Shown here: positions 26,953-36,083 of the stretch, one piece after another
Layout: each line of letters opens with the position of its first letter
Position numbering within the stretch: position 1 is the stretch's first letter
Source: an uncultured Azoarcus sp.
GTDB lineage: Bacteria; Pseudomonadota; Gammaproteobacteria; Burkholderiales; Rhodocyclaceae
NCBI GenBank assembly: GCA_963975885.1
Contig: CAXBIS010000011.1
Location: forward strand, 54,977 to 118,976
DNA length: 64,000 nucleotides
Direction: 5' to 3'
Translations under genes and position numbers: made by a program
Notes under the pieces: model-generated
Told to the model about the DNA's origin: nothing
What the model saw: the letters and a program-made list of their open reading frames with translations, nothing else
Database searches by the model: none

Positions 26953-28443
26953 ATGAGCTTTGCCGACCTCGGGCTGATTCCCGAGCTTCAACGAGCCGTT
27001 TCTGAGACCGGATACACCGAGCCCACGCCGATCCAGGAACAAGCGATCCCGGTCGTGCTGAGCGGCCTCGACATGATGGGTGCGGCGCAGACCGGAACCG
27101 GCAAGACCGCCGGTTTCACGCTGCCGCTGATTCAGCGCCTGGCGCGCCATGCCAGCACCTCGACCAGTCCGGCGCGCCACCCGGTGCGCGCGCTGGTGCT
27201 CGCGCCCACGCGCGAACTCGCGGTACAGGTGCACGAGTCCGTCGAGACCTACGGCAAGTACGTGCCTTTGCGCTCGATCTGCATCTACGGCGGTGTCGAC
27301 ATGCGCGGCCAGATCGAGGCACTGCGCCGTGGCGTCGAGATCGTCGTCGCCACGCCGGGGCGGCTTCTCGACCACGTTCAACAGAAGACCATCCAGCTTG
27401 GCCAGGTCGAAATGCTGGTGCTCGACGAAGCCGACCGCATGCTCGACATGGGCTTCATCCCCGACATCCGTCGCATCCTCGACCTGTTGCCGGCGCAACG
27501 CCAGAGCCTGCTGTTCTCGGCCACCTTCTCGGAAGAGATCAAGAAGCTTGCCGACCGCATGCTCAAGAACCCGACCCTGGTCGAGGTCGCGCGCCGCAAC
27601 ATGGTCTCGGAAACCATCGAACACCGCGTGCATCCGGTCTCGGCCGGGCTCAAGCGCAACCTGCTCGCCCACCTGCTGCGCCATGAACCGGACGCGCAGG
27701 CGCTGATCTTCGTCGACACCAAGCTGCTGTGCGGGCGCCTCGCGCACTATCTGACGCGGCAGGGCATCTCGGCCGACGCGATCCACGGCGACAAGAGCCA
27801 GGGCCAGCGCACCGACACGCTCGAGGCCTTCAAGTCCGGTCGCCTGCGCGTGCTCGTCGCCACCGACGTGGCCGCACGCGGACTCGACGTCTACGACCTG
27901 CCTCTGGTGATCAACTTCGAACTTCCGCACACGGCAGAAGACTACGTGCACCGCATCGGCCGCACAGGCCGTGCCGGGCGTAGCGGCAACGCGATCTCGC
28001 TGGTGTGCGCCGAAGAGAAGGGGCGGCTGGCGGAGATTCAGAAACTGATCGGGCTCGACATCCCGCAGGAGGCCGTTCCCGGCTTCGACCCCGAGCCCGA
28101 CTACGACGAGGTCGGCACCCATCGGCGCAAGCACCGCGAAGCTGCCCGCCCGGAGCCCGCCCCGGCCGTCAAGGCCGCACCCGCGCCGTCGATACCGACG
28201 GCAACACCAACGGCGCAGACAGCAACACCGGCGGCGCAGACCTCACCCCGACGCGGCAGCGACGCACGCCCGGCACGTCCGCGCCGGGACAAGCGGGTAG
28301 CCGCCGACGGCTTCGACTTCAGCAAGCCTTACGCCCCGGCATCCGAAGACAGTGCCTCACCGACCGTCGACAGCGACCGTTCAAGCGGTCGCCGCGACAA
28401 ACGCCCGGTGGCGGTCCTGCTGGGCGGCCTGGGGCGCAAATAG
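26953..28443 (+). CDS. rhlE: DEAD-box ATP-dependent RNA helicase (RhlE-like)
   Basis: From ATG 26953: Q-motif (GYTEPTPIQ), AQTGTGKT, DEAD (VLDEADRM), SAT, HRIGRTGRAG, and a basic low-complexity C-terminal tail. Confidence 0.85.
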   Translation: MSFADLGLIPELQRAVSETGYTEPTPIQEQAIPVVLSGLDMMGAAQTGTGKTAGFTLPLIQRLARHASTSTSPARHPVRALVLAPTRELAVQVHESVETYGKYVPLRSICIYGGVDMRGQIEALRRGVEIVVATPGRLLDHVQQKTIQLGQVEMLVLDEADRMLDMGFIPDIRRILDLLPAQRQSLLFSATFSEEIKKLADRMLKNPTLVEVARRNMVSETIEHRVHPVSAGLKRNLLAHLLRHEPDAQALIFVDTKLLCGRLAHYLTRQGISADAIHGDKSQGQRTDTLEAFKSGRLRVLVATDVAARGLDVYDLPLVINFELPHTAEDYVHRIGRTGRAGRSGNAISLVCAEEKGRLAEIQKLIGLDIPQEAVPGFDPEPDYDEVGTHRRKHREAARPEPAPAVKAAPAPSIPTATPTAQTATPAAQTSPRRGSDARPARPRRDKRVAADGFDFSKPYAPASEDSASPTVDSDRSSGRRDKRPVAVLLGGLGRK

Positions 28444-28516
28444 ACACCGCTTTTTGTGCCTTTTCGGGCGAAGGCCCGCTGTAGGCGGGGGTATTCTGGT
28501 TACCTTGCGCGGCTGC

Positions 28517-30064
28517 ATGCCGCAACCGGAGCTACGGCCAGAAATCATGCCACCGATTCCGCCCAAGCCGGCCAGACCGCCGCACGAACCTTTCGTCGCA
28601 GACTTCTCGGAAGGTCTGGAGACCGGCCTCTACCTCGCCCTGCTGGAACTGATCGACGAAGGTCTGATCATCACCGGCGACGAGGTCATGATCGACGCCA
28701 ACAGCGCCGCCTGCCGGCTGCTCGAGCGCGACTATCGCCAGATCGTCGGCCACCCGCTGTCCGAACTGTTCCCGAGTGAACGAGCCTTTCTGGCAGCACG
28801 CGAGCGCCTGCTCATCCAGGGCGAGATGCGCGGCAGCATCCAGGTCGTGCTGCCCGGCGGGCGACGACGCGATCTGCGCTTCATCGCCGCCGCGCGACTG
28901 CGTCCCGGCATGCACGCACTGATCCTCAGTCCGGACATCGTCGCCGAAGCCTATGGCAGCGGACTCGCCCCGGCCGAGGATCGCGTCTGGCCCAAGCTGG
29001 CCGCCGCACTCGATCAACCGATCATCGTGCTCGACGACAACGGCCGCGTGCAGGCACTCAACGCGCCCGCAACAAGACTGCCCGGAATCGACGGGCTGGA
29101 TCTGCGCGGCGAGATGCTCGAAGGCACCGTCCCGATCGAGTGGCCGGCACCGCACGAGCCGCCGGTCGCGCGCGTCGCGGGCGTGCGCGCACGCATCCTG
29201 CCCGGCCCCCGCGGCGGATGGCGCATCCTGCTGCTACAGGGCACCGAGGCGGAACAAGCCCAGCCCACGCCGGTCGAGCAGAGCCCGCGCCGGGCGCGTC
29301 CTGCGCATCCGCCGGGCAACGGCATCCGGTTGGCACTGGAGCATGGTCAGTTCTCGCTGTCCCTGAGCCCGGTGGTCGACGCACGGGACGCAAGCACCTT
29401 CGGGGCCTCCGCCGAATTGATCTGGGATCACCCCGGGCGCGGGCTGCTCGGCCCACGCGAGTACCACGAGGAAGCCATTGCAGCCGGGCTCGCCGGGGAA
29501 CTGGACGGCCACCTGATCCAGTGCGCGCTCGAGGCTGCGGCCCAGTGGCCGCAGCAACGCAGCGAACGCTGCACGATCGCGATCCGGCCGACCGCCGCCG
29601 ACGACGAGGCCTGCGCACGGCTGATCGAAGCCTCGCTCGCGGCCAGCGGCGTCGCACCGGCACGCATCGATCTGGCGTTGAACGCGAAAACCCTTGCCCG
29701 TGCAGACATGACCGTCGCGACACTGCGACGGCTGGGCGTCGGACTCGCGCTCGACCAGGCCGGTGCCGACGACCTACCGCTGGACGCGCTCGCACGCGGC
29801 GGGTTCCGGGCCTTGCGCGTGCCTGGCGAACTGGTCGAGCGGCTGGGCCATGACGAACACGCCGAAGGCGTCATCGAACTGCTCGTCAGTCTGGCAGCGA
29901 GCCTGCGCGTCGAACTGGTCGCCTGTGGCGTGTCCAGTGCGGCGCACCGCGACTTCCTTGCCGCGATCGGTTGCCCGCTTCAGCAAGGCCCGCTCTTCGG
30001 GCCACCACTGACCGCTGGGGGCTTCGCCGCCCGGTTGCGTGCGCAAGCCGGCCAGCCGCGCTGA
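28517..30064 (+). CDS. PAS-like sensor protein with a degenerate EAL domain
   Basis: The N-terminal PAS-like part reads LELIDEGLIITGDEVMIDANSAACRLLERDY. The C-terminal EAL-like fold has ELIW in place of EALxR, and the DDFGTG-type and EGVE-type positions are not conserved (LDQAGADD, ACGVS). Confidence 0.7.
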   Translation: MPQPELRPEIMPPIPPKPARPPHEPFVADFSEGLETGLYLALLELIDEGLIITGDEVMIDANSAACRLLERDYRQIVGHPLSELFPSERAFLAARERLLIQGEMRGSIQVVLPGGRRRDLRFIAAARLRPGMHALILSPDIVAEAYGSGLAPAEDRVWPKLAAALDQPIIVLDDNGRVQALNAPATRLPGIDGLDLRGEMLEGTVPIEWPAPHEPPVARVAGVRARILPGPRGGWRILLLQGTEAEQAQPTPVEQSPRRARPAHPPGNGIRLALEHGQFSLSLSPVVDARDASTFGASAELIWDHPGRGLLGPREYHEEAIAAGLAGELDGHLIQCALEAAAQWPQQRSERCTIAIRPTAADDEACARLIEASLAASGVAPARIDLALNAKTLARADMTVATLRRLGVGLALDQAGADDLPLDALARGGFRALRVPGELVERLGHDEHAEGVIELLVSLAASLRVELVACGVSSAAHRDFLAAIGCPLQQGPLFGPPLTAGGFAARLRAQAGQPR

Positions 30065-30079
30065 ACGCCAATCGCGGCG

Positions 30080-30397
30080 TCAGTACTCGAGCAGCGTCCG
30101 ACAATTCTCGTCGCGACCGGTCTGACGGCTGAACTCAGCCAGACGCTGATCGACGAATTCATCGGGGATGCGCTTGTCCGCGCAGTATTCGCGCAACAGC
30201 ATGGCCTGCGTCGAATGCTGCAGATCACGCACGGTTTCCGCCACGGCCGGCATTGGATATCGGTAGGGCTTGCCGTCGGCCTCACGCGCATCGATCACCT
30301 CGCCTCCGGCGGGTGCAGGTGCGTCGGCATCGCCCTGCTGCGCACCCACAGGACCAGAAAGCAGCAAGGCGGCGAGGAGGGAGAGAACGACACGCAT
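30080..30397 (-). CDS. small secreted hypothetical protein
   Basis: From ATG 30397: MRVVLSLLAALLLSGPVGA signal. 105 aa with two Cys. No family recognised. Confidence 0.5.
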   Translation of the reverse strand: MRVVLSLLAALLLSGPVGAQQGDADAPAPAGGEVIDAREADGKPYRYPMPAVAETVRDLQHSTQAMLLREYCADKRIPDEFVDQRLAEFSRQTGRDENCRTLLEY

Positions 30398-30462
30398 GAA
30401 CCGCTCCGGGACACGAACGATAGGGTCCTTGTATACCGTGACGCGCCGCCGGACAAGCGCAG

Positions 30463-30489
30463 AAAAAAGGCGCGCCCTGCAGGCGCGCC
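30463..30489 (-). terminator. intrinsic terminator after pntB
   Basis: The minus strand reads GGCGCGCC-tgcag-GGCGCGCC-TTTTTT. This is an 8-bp GC stem followed by a T6 run, 32 nt after the pntB stop. Confidence 0.7.
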
Positions 30490-30520
30490 CTTTCGCAATG
30501 CTCACGACCACGGACTGGCG

Positions 30521-31894
30521 TCAGCCATCGAAGGCCTTGATCTGCGCGATGATCTCGCCCACCGCGTCCTGCGCGCTGCCGTAGAGCATGCTGCAGTTCT
30601 CCTTGAAGAACAGCGCGTTCTCGATGCCCGAGTAACCTGCGCCGCGGCCGCGCTTGATCACGATCGCGTCGTTGGCCATGTCGGCGTTGAGGATGGGCAT
30701 GCCGTAAATCGGGCTGGATTTGTCGGTACGCGCCACCGGATTGACCACGTCGTTGGCGCCGATCACCAGCGCGACATCCGCCTGCGAGAACTCGTTGTTG
30801 ATCTCTTCCAGGTCGAAGATGCGGTCGTAGGGCACACCGGCCTCGGCCAGCAGCACGTTCATGTGGCCCGGCATGCGTCCGGCCACTGGATGGATCGCGA
30901 ACTTGACCTCGACACCGGCTTCCTCGAGCAGTTGGGCCATCTCCCATACCTTGTGCTGGGCGCCGGCCACCGCCATGCCGTAGCCCGGCACGATGATGAC
31001 CTTGCCACCGAAGCGCATCAGGGACGCGGCATCCATCGCCGAGGTCTCACGCATCGTGCCCTGGCTCTCGCCCGAGCCCTCGACCGCGGCACCGGTCAGT
31101 GGCGTGAAGATGATGTTGCGGATCGGGCGGTTCATCGCCTTGGCCATGAGCTGTGTGAGCAGCATGCCCGAAGCGCCCACCACGATGCCGGCGACGATCA
31201 GCATCGGCACGCCCAGCACGAAGCCCTTGAAGCCGACTGCAAGACCGGTGAAGGCGTTGAGCAGCGAGATCACCACTGGCATGTCGGCACCACCGATCGG
31301 CAGCACCAGCACCACGCCTAGCGCCAGCGCCAGCACGAAGAACAGGAAAATGCCGAAACCCGAGGGGTCGTCGGAATAGCCGATGGTCAGGCCCAGACCG
31401 AAGGTGATCAGCGTCAGGAAGAAATTGATGCTGTTCTGCTGCGGCAGACGGATGGCCTTGTTCATCAGGCCCTGAAGCTTCGCGAACGCCACGCACGAGC
31501 CCGAGAAGGCCACCGAGCCGATGATCGCGCCGAGCACCATCAGCGTGGAGACCATAGCCGAGTGATCGACCCCACGCACCAGCTCGATCGCCGCGATGCC
31601 GGCCGCGGCACCGCCGCCCATGCCGTTGTAGATGGCGACCATCTGCGGCATGTCGGTCATCTTGACCGTCTTGCCCGACCACCAGGCCACGCCACCGCCG
31701 AGCACGATGGCCAGTACCATCAGGCCGATGTTGTGCAGGTCGGAAACGAAGAAGGTGACCACCGTGGCGGCGATCATCGCGAAACCGGCCCATACGATGC
31801 CGCGACGCGCGGTGACCGGCGAGCTCATCGCCTTCAGGCCGAAGATGAACACGATCGTGACGACGAAATACGCCATGCTGACAAACCAGTTCAT
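30521..31894 (-). CDS. pntB: NAD(P) transhydrogenase subunit beta
   Basis: 457 aa with a multi-TM N-terminal half and a C-terminal NADP(H) domain: VIIVPGYGMAVAGAQH, GRMPGHMNVLLAEA, VIGANDVVNP. Confidence 0.92.
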   Translation of the reverse strand: MNWFVSMAYFVVTIVFIFGLKAMSSPVTARRGIVWAGFAMIAATVVTFFVSDLHNIGLMVLAIVLGGGVAWWSGKTVKMTDMPQMVAIYNGMGGGAAAGIAAIELVRGVDHSAMVSTLMVLGAIIGSVAFSGSCVAFAKLQGLMNKAIRLPQQNSINFFLTLITFGLGLTIGYSDDPSGFGIFLFFVLALALGVVLVLPIGGADMPVVISLLNAFTGLAVGFKGFVLGVPMLIVAGIVVGASGMLLTQLMAKAMNRPIRNIIFTPLTGAAVEGSGESQGTMRETSAMDAASLMRFGGKVIIVPGYGMAVAGAQHKVWEMAQLLEEAGVEVKFAIHPVAGRMPGHMNVLLAEAGVPYDRIFDLEEINNEFSQADVALVIGANDVVNPVARTDKSSPIYGMPILNADMANDAIVIKRGRGAGYSGIENALFFKENCSMLYGSAQDAVGEIIAQIKAFDG

Positions 31895-32205
31895 TTGGCG
31901 CCCCCTTCGTTCTTCTTGTTCTTGCCGCCGGACTTGAACATGCCGAGCATGCGTTCAGTGACGATGTAGCCGCCAGCCGCGTTGGCCGCACCCAGGAACA
32001 CCGCGACGAAGCCGATCAGCAGTTGCAGCGGATCATTCGGGTCGGCGTGGCCGAGCGCGATCATCGCGCCCACCAGCACCACACCGTGCACGAAGTTCGA
32101 GCCGGACATCAGCGGGGTGTGCAGAATCACCGGCACGCGGGAGATCACCTCGTAGCCGGTGAAGGCCGCGAGCATGAAGATGTATAGAGCGGTAAAGCCT
32201 TCCAT
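31891..32205 (-). CDS. pntA: NAD(P) transhydrogenase subunit alpha, membrane part (PntAB)
   Basis: 104 aa, three TM helices (FTGYEVISRVPVILHTPLMSGSNFVHG). The stop overlaps the pntB start. Confidence 0.85.
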   Translation of the reverse strand: MEGFTALYIFMLAAFTGYEVISRVPVILHTPLMSGSNFVHGVVLVGAMIALGHADPNDPLQLLIGFVAVFLGAANAAGGYIVTERMLGMFKSGGKNKKNEGGAK

Positions 32206-32220
32206 TGCGTCAGCTCTCCT

Positions 32221-33387
32221 TTAATTGTTCGAGTCGAGCCCGAGCGCCTTGCGCACGCCCTCGTGGCGAACTTCGCCGTCGTGGGTGAGGCAGGCTCCGC
32301 TCATCACCTCGTCTTCCCAGTCGAGCGTGAGCGCACCGTCCTTGATGAACGGGCTGATGAAATTGAACAGATTCTTCGCGACCATTTCGGACGCGTGCAC
32401 CGGCATGCGACTGGCGATGTTGGTCGGCCCGACGATGAGAACGCCGTCGACGCGCTTCTCTTCGCCGGCCACCGTGCCTTCGACGTTGCCGCCGGTCTCG
32501 GCCCCCAGATCGACGATGACCGCGCCGGGCTTCATTTGCCCGACCATCTTCTTGGTCACGATCACCGGTGCCTTGCGTCCCGGCACCGCGGCGGTCGTAA
32601 TCAGCACGTCGCACTGTGCGATGGCCTTGCCCAGGCGCTCGGCCTGCTGCTTCTTCTCGTCGGCGGTCAGCTCGCGCGCATAGCCACCCTCGCCGGTCGC
32701 GTCGACGCCGGTTTCGACGAACTTGGCGCCCAGCGACTCGACCTGCTCGCGCGTCTCGGGGCGCACGTCATAGCCCTCGACCTGCGCGCCGATGCGCCGT
32801 GCCGTGGCAATCGCCTGCAGGCCGGCCACGCCGGCACCGATGACGAGCACGCGCGCCGGACGGATGGAACCGGCCGCGTAAGTGAGCATCGGAAAGAACT
32901 TCGGGCAGTGGTTGGCGGCGATCAGCGCGCAGGCGTAGCCGGCAACGGCCGCCTGCGAGGACAGCACGTCCATGCTCTGCGCGCGCGAGATGCGCGGCAG
33001 CAGTTCCAGGGCAAAGGCGGTGACGCCACGCTTGGCGATGGCCTGCACGCGCTTGGCGTCGGACCATGGCTGGAGCATTCCCACCAGCACCGCGCCGGGC
33101 TTCAACTTGCCGATGAGCTTCTGGCTGGGCGGTTGCACGCACAGCACCACGTCGGCACCGGCGTACACATCCTCGCCACTGTCGGCGAACGCGACATCGC
33201 CGAAGGCCTCGTCCGGGAAATGCGCCTCGGCGCCCGCACCGCGCTCGACGAGCGCGCGCGCGCCGAGTCCGGCGTATTTCTTGATCACATCGGGCACCAC
33301 CGGCAGGCGGCGCTCACCGGCCGCCTTCTCGGCGGCCACGCCGATCACCAGCGGTGTCGGCTGTGCGGCTTCGGTCTGTTCGCTCAA
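32221..33387 (-). CDS. pntA: NAD(P) transhydrogenase subunit alpha, soluble part (PntAA)
   Basis: Alanine-dehydrogenase/PNT fold: VLVIGAGVAGLQAIATARRLGA-type Rossmann motif (VLVIGAGVAGLQAIATARRIGAQV). TTG start at 33387 is preceded by AAAGGAA at good spacing. The track ATG at 33435 is less likely. Confidence 0.88.
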   Translation of the reverse strand: MSEQTEAAQPTPLVIGVAAEKAAGERRLPVVPDVIKKYAGLGARALVERGAGAEAHFPDEAFGDVAFADSGEDVYAGADVVLCVQPPSQKLIGKLKPGAVLVGMLQPWSDAKRVQAIAKRGVTAFALELLPRISRAQSMDVLSSQAAVAGYACALIAANHCPKFFPMLTYAAGSIRPARVLVIGAGVAGLQAIATARRIGAQVEGYDVRPETREQVESLGAKFVETGVDATGEGGYARELTADEKKQQAERLGKAIAQCDVLITTAAVPGRKAPVIVTKKMVGQMKPGAVIVDLGAETGGNVEGTVAGEEKRVDGVLIVGPTNIASRMPVHASEMVAKNLFNFISPFIKDGALTLDWEDEVMSGACLTHDGEVRHEGVRKALGLDSNN

Positions 33388-33650
33388 GGTCTGTTCCTTT
33401 CCCTTTCGGGCGTGCGTCGCGTGGCGCTTCCGCACGCGACAGGAGACACGTCGCAGCGCGGGAGTTTCGCCCGCAAACGGGCGACCACGCGCCGGTTACG
33501 GCGGGGTCCGGGCGTCGCTCCGACTCCGTCCGGCGGGCCGGCTTGGAGCCGGATCGGCGCCGCTCAAAAGCGCAATGATACCGATTGCGGACCATCGCTC
33601 ACAAGTCGGTGGCTGTCGCACGCCCGCCCACGCCGCCCCAAGAGTTGCCT

Positions 33651-34892
33651 TCACGCGGCCGCGGTGAGGCGCTCGTCGATGTATTCGATCCAGTGGCGCA
33701 CCGGCACATCGGTGGCCGGATCGAGGTGGGTGATGCAGCCGATGTTGGCCGAGGCGATGCGCCGCGCGCCGTGCTCGGTAAGCGCGGCGAGCTTGTCTTC
33801 GCGCAGGCGATGCGACAGTTCGGGCTGCAGCAGCGAATAGGTCCCGGCCGAGCCGCAGCACAGATGGGCGTCGCGCACCGGCAACAGTTCAAAGCCGGCT
33901 GCCGTGAGCACCGACTCGACCACACCGCGCAGCTTCTGTCCGTGCTGCAGCGTACACGGAGCATGGAAGGCGAGCTCGCCGGCGCTGCCGGGCGCGGCGT
34001 CGAGGCGCTCGACCAGGGCGTCGTGCTCGGCCGCGACGACCTCGCCGATATCGAGCGTGAGCCCCGCCACCCGCGCGGCGCGGGCCGCGTAGGCCGCGTC
34101 GTCGGCAAGCAAGTGGGCATAGTCGCGCACCTGCACGCCGCAGCCCGAGGCCGTCATGACGATGGCCTCGATCTCGCCGCGCTCGATGGCCGGCCACCAC
34201 GCATCGATGTTGCGTCGCGCGTCCGCGCGTGCGCCCTCGTGATCGTCCAGGTGCTGACGCAACGCGCCACAGCAACCCGCGCCCCGTTGTTCGACCAGCG
34301 AGATGCCGACGGCGTCGAGTACGCGTGCCGCGGCCGCGTTGATCGACGGCGCCATCGAAGGTTGCACGCAGCCCGCCAGCGCGATCGCGCGCCGCGCATG
34401 ACGCGGCGCAGGCCAATGCCCGGCCGGGCGCGCGAGCGGAACCTTTTCCTTGAGCGCGGCAGGCAGCATGCCACGCGCCAGGCGCCCGGCGCCCATCGCC
34501 GCGCCGAACAGGCCGGCACGCGGCACGAAGGCCTTCAATGCCCAGCGCATCGCGCGCTGGCCCAGCGGACGCGACACGCGCTGCGAAACCACATGACGCC
34601 CGATATCGACCAGGCGCCCGTACTCGACGCCGGACGGACAGGTGGTCTCACAGGCGCGACAGGTCAGGCAACGATCCAGATGCAGCTGCGTGCGCTGCGT
34701 CGGTTCGTCGCCCTCGAGCACCTGCTTGATCAGGTAGATGCGCCCGCGCGGCCCGTCGAGTTCGTCGCCGAGCAGCTGGTAGGTGGGACAGGTTGCGGTA
34801 CAGAAACCGCAGTGCACGCACTTGCGCAGGATGGCGTCCGCCTCCTGGCCCTCGCGCGTGTCACGGATGAAATCGGCAAGCTGGGTCTGCAT
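33651..34892 (-). CDS. glcF: glycolate oxidase iron-sulfur subunit
   Basis: Two ferredoxin-type CxxCxxCxxxCP clusters (CVHCGFCTATCP, CLTCRACETTCP) plus CCG domains. 413 aa. Confidence 0.9.
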   Translation of the reverse strand: MQTQLADFIRDTREGQEADAILRKCVHCGFCTATCPTYQLLGDELDGPRGRIYLIKQVLEGDEPTQRTQLHLDRCLTCRACETTCPSGVEYGRLVDIGRHVVSQRVSRPLGQRAMRWALKAFVPRAGLFGAAMGAGRLARGMLPAALKEKVPLARPAGHWPAPRHARRAIALAGCVQPSMAPSINAAAARVLDAVGISLVEQRGAGCCGALRQHLDDHEGARADARRNIDAWWPAIERGEIEAIVMTASGCGVQVRDYAHLLADDAAYAARAARVAGLTLDIGEVVAAEHDALVERLDAAPGSAGELAFHAPCTLQHGQKLRGVVESVLTAAGFELLPVRDAHLCCGSAGTYSLLQPELSHRLREDKLAALTEHGARRIASANIGCITHLDPATDVPVRHWIEYIDERLTAAA

Positions 34893-34904
34893 AGGGACTC
34901 GTCC

Positions 34905-35969
34905 TCAGAACGCTGCGTACATTCGGCCGGGATTGAGGATGCCGGCCGGATCGAAGGCGGCCTTCAGGCGGCGATGCGTCTGCATCAGCGGCGCCGTGGG
35001 CGCATGGAATACCTCGCCGTTGCGCTCGCCGCCGCGAAACAGCGTGGCGTGCCCGCCGAGCGCGGTGGCGCGCTCGCGCGCGACATCGGGCGCGGCGTCC
35101 GAGCGCAGCCAGCGCTGGCCGCCGCCCCACTCCAGGTACTGGGCGCCGTCGAGCGCCAGCGCCGCGGCGGTGGTCGGCAGCGCGAACCGCCACAACGGCG
35201 CATCACCGGCAAAGAAGTCGTCGCGCTGTTCGCGCAACGCCTCCCAGTAGGCATCGGCATCGGCCCCATCGAGCGCCTCGCCGCCCAGGCGCTCGCGCGC
35301 GGCATCCACCGCCGCGCGCGCACCCGACAGGCGCACCCGCAACACGCCATCGTGCCAGGCAGTGGCCGACACCGGCAGCGGCTCGGCGCCCCACTCGTTC
35401 ATCCGAGCGAGTGCCGTGACCTCGTCGCATTCGAGCGCCAGCGTGGCCTCGGCCACGGGGCGCGGCAGCACCTTGAGCGAGACCTCGACGATCACGCCCA
35501 GCGTGCCCAGCGCGCCCGTCATCAGGCGCGAGACGTCGTAGCCGGCGACGTTCTTCATCACCTGGCCGCCGAAGGAGAGCAGTTCGCCACGTCCGTCGAT
35601 CACCTTCATGCCCAGCACGAAGTCGCGCAAGGCACCCACCGCCATGCGCCGCGGCCCAGACAGGCCGGTGGCGACCATGCCGCCGACAGTCGCGTGCTCG
35701 CCGAAACGCGGCGGTTCGAAGGCCAGCCACTGGCCTTTTTCCGCCAGGGCTGCGTCGAGTTCCGCGAGCGGCGTGCCGGCACGCACGGTGACCACGAGTT
35801 CGGTCGGCTCGTAGGCCACGATGCCGGCGCACTCGCGCGTGTCGAACAGCTCTCCGGCCGGCTCGCGGCCGTAGAAATCCTTGCTGCCGCCGCCGCGCAC
35901 GCGCAGCGGCGTGCGGGCTTCGGCCGCGGCGCGGATGCGCTCGCGCCACACGTCGATGATCTCGCTCAT
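34905..35969 (-). CDS. glcE: glycolate oxidase FAD-binding subunit
   Basis: 354 aa with an FAD-binding PCMH-type domain (VRGGGSKDFYG, VTVRAGT). Located between glcD and glcF. Confidence 0.85.
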   Translation of the reverse strand: MSEIIDVWRERIRAAAEARTPLRVRGGGSKDFYGREPAGELFDTRECAGIVAYEPTELVVTVRAGTPLAELDAALAEKGQWLAFEPPRFGEHATVGGMVATGLSGPRRMAVGALRDFVLGMKVIDGRGELLSFGGQVMKNVAGYDVSRLMTGALGTLGVIVEVSLKVLPRPVAEATLALECDEVTALARMNEWGAEPLPVSATAWHDGVLRVRLSGARAAVDAARERLGGEALDGADADAYWEALREQRDDFFAGDAPLWRFALPTTAAALALDGAQYLEWGGGQRWLRSDAAPDVARERATALGGHATLFRGGERNGEVFHAPTAPLMQTHRRLKAAFDPAGILNPGRMYAAF

Positions 35970-36082
35970 GAATCCTTCCTCTTGTCCGGCCGGCGCGACA
36001 CGTGGCGCAGCGTCATCCAGGCGCCGATGAACATCAGCACCGGTACGCCCACCAGCAGCAGTTGCAGCCAGCCCTTGTCCAT
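35966..36082 (-). CDS. 38-codon single-TM micro-ORF, translationally coupled between glcD and glcE
   Basis: MDKGWLQLLLVGVPVLMFIGAWMTLRHVSRRPDKRKDS. Its ATG is 1 nt after the glcD TGA (TGAcATG) and its TGA overlaps the glcE ATG (ATGA). Third-position GC is host-like. It is a hydrophobic helix followed by a basic tail. Confidence 0.5.
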   Translation of the reverse strand: MDKGWLQLLLVGVPVLMFIGAWMTLRHVSRRPDKRKDS

Positions 36083-36083
36083 G

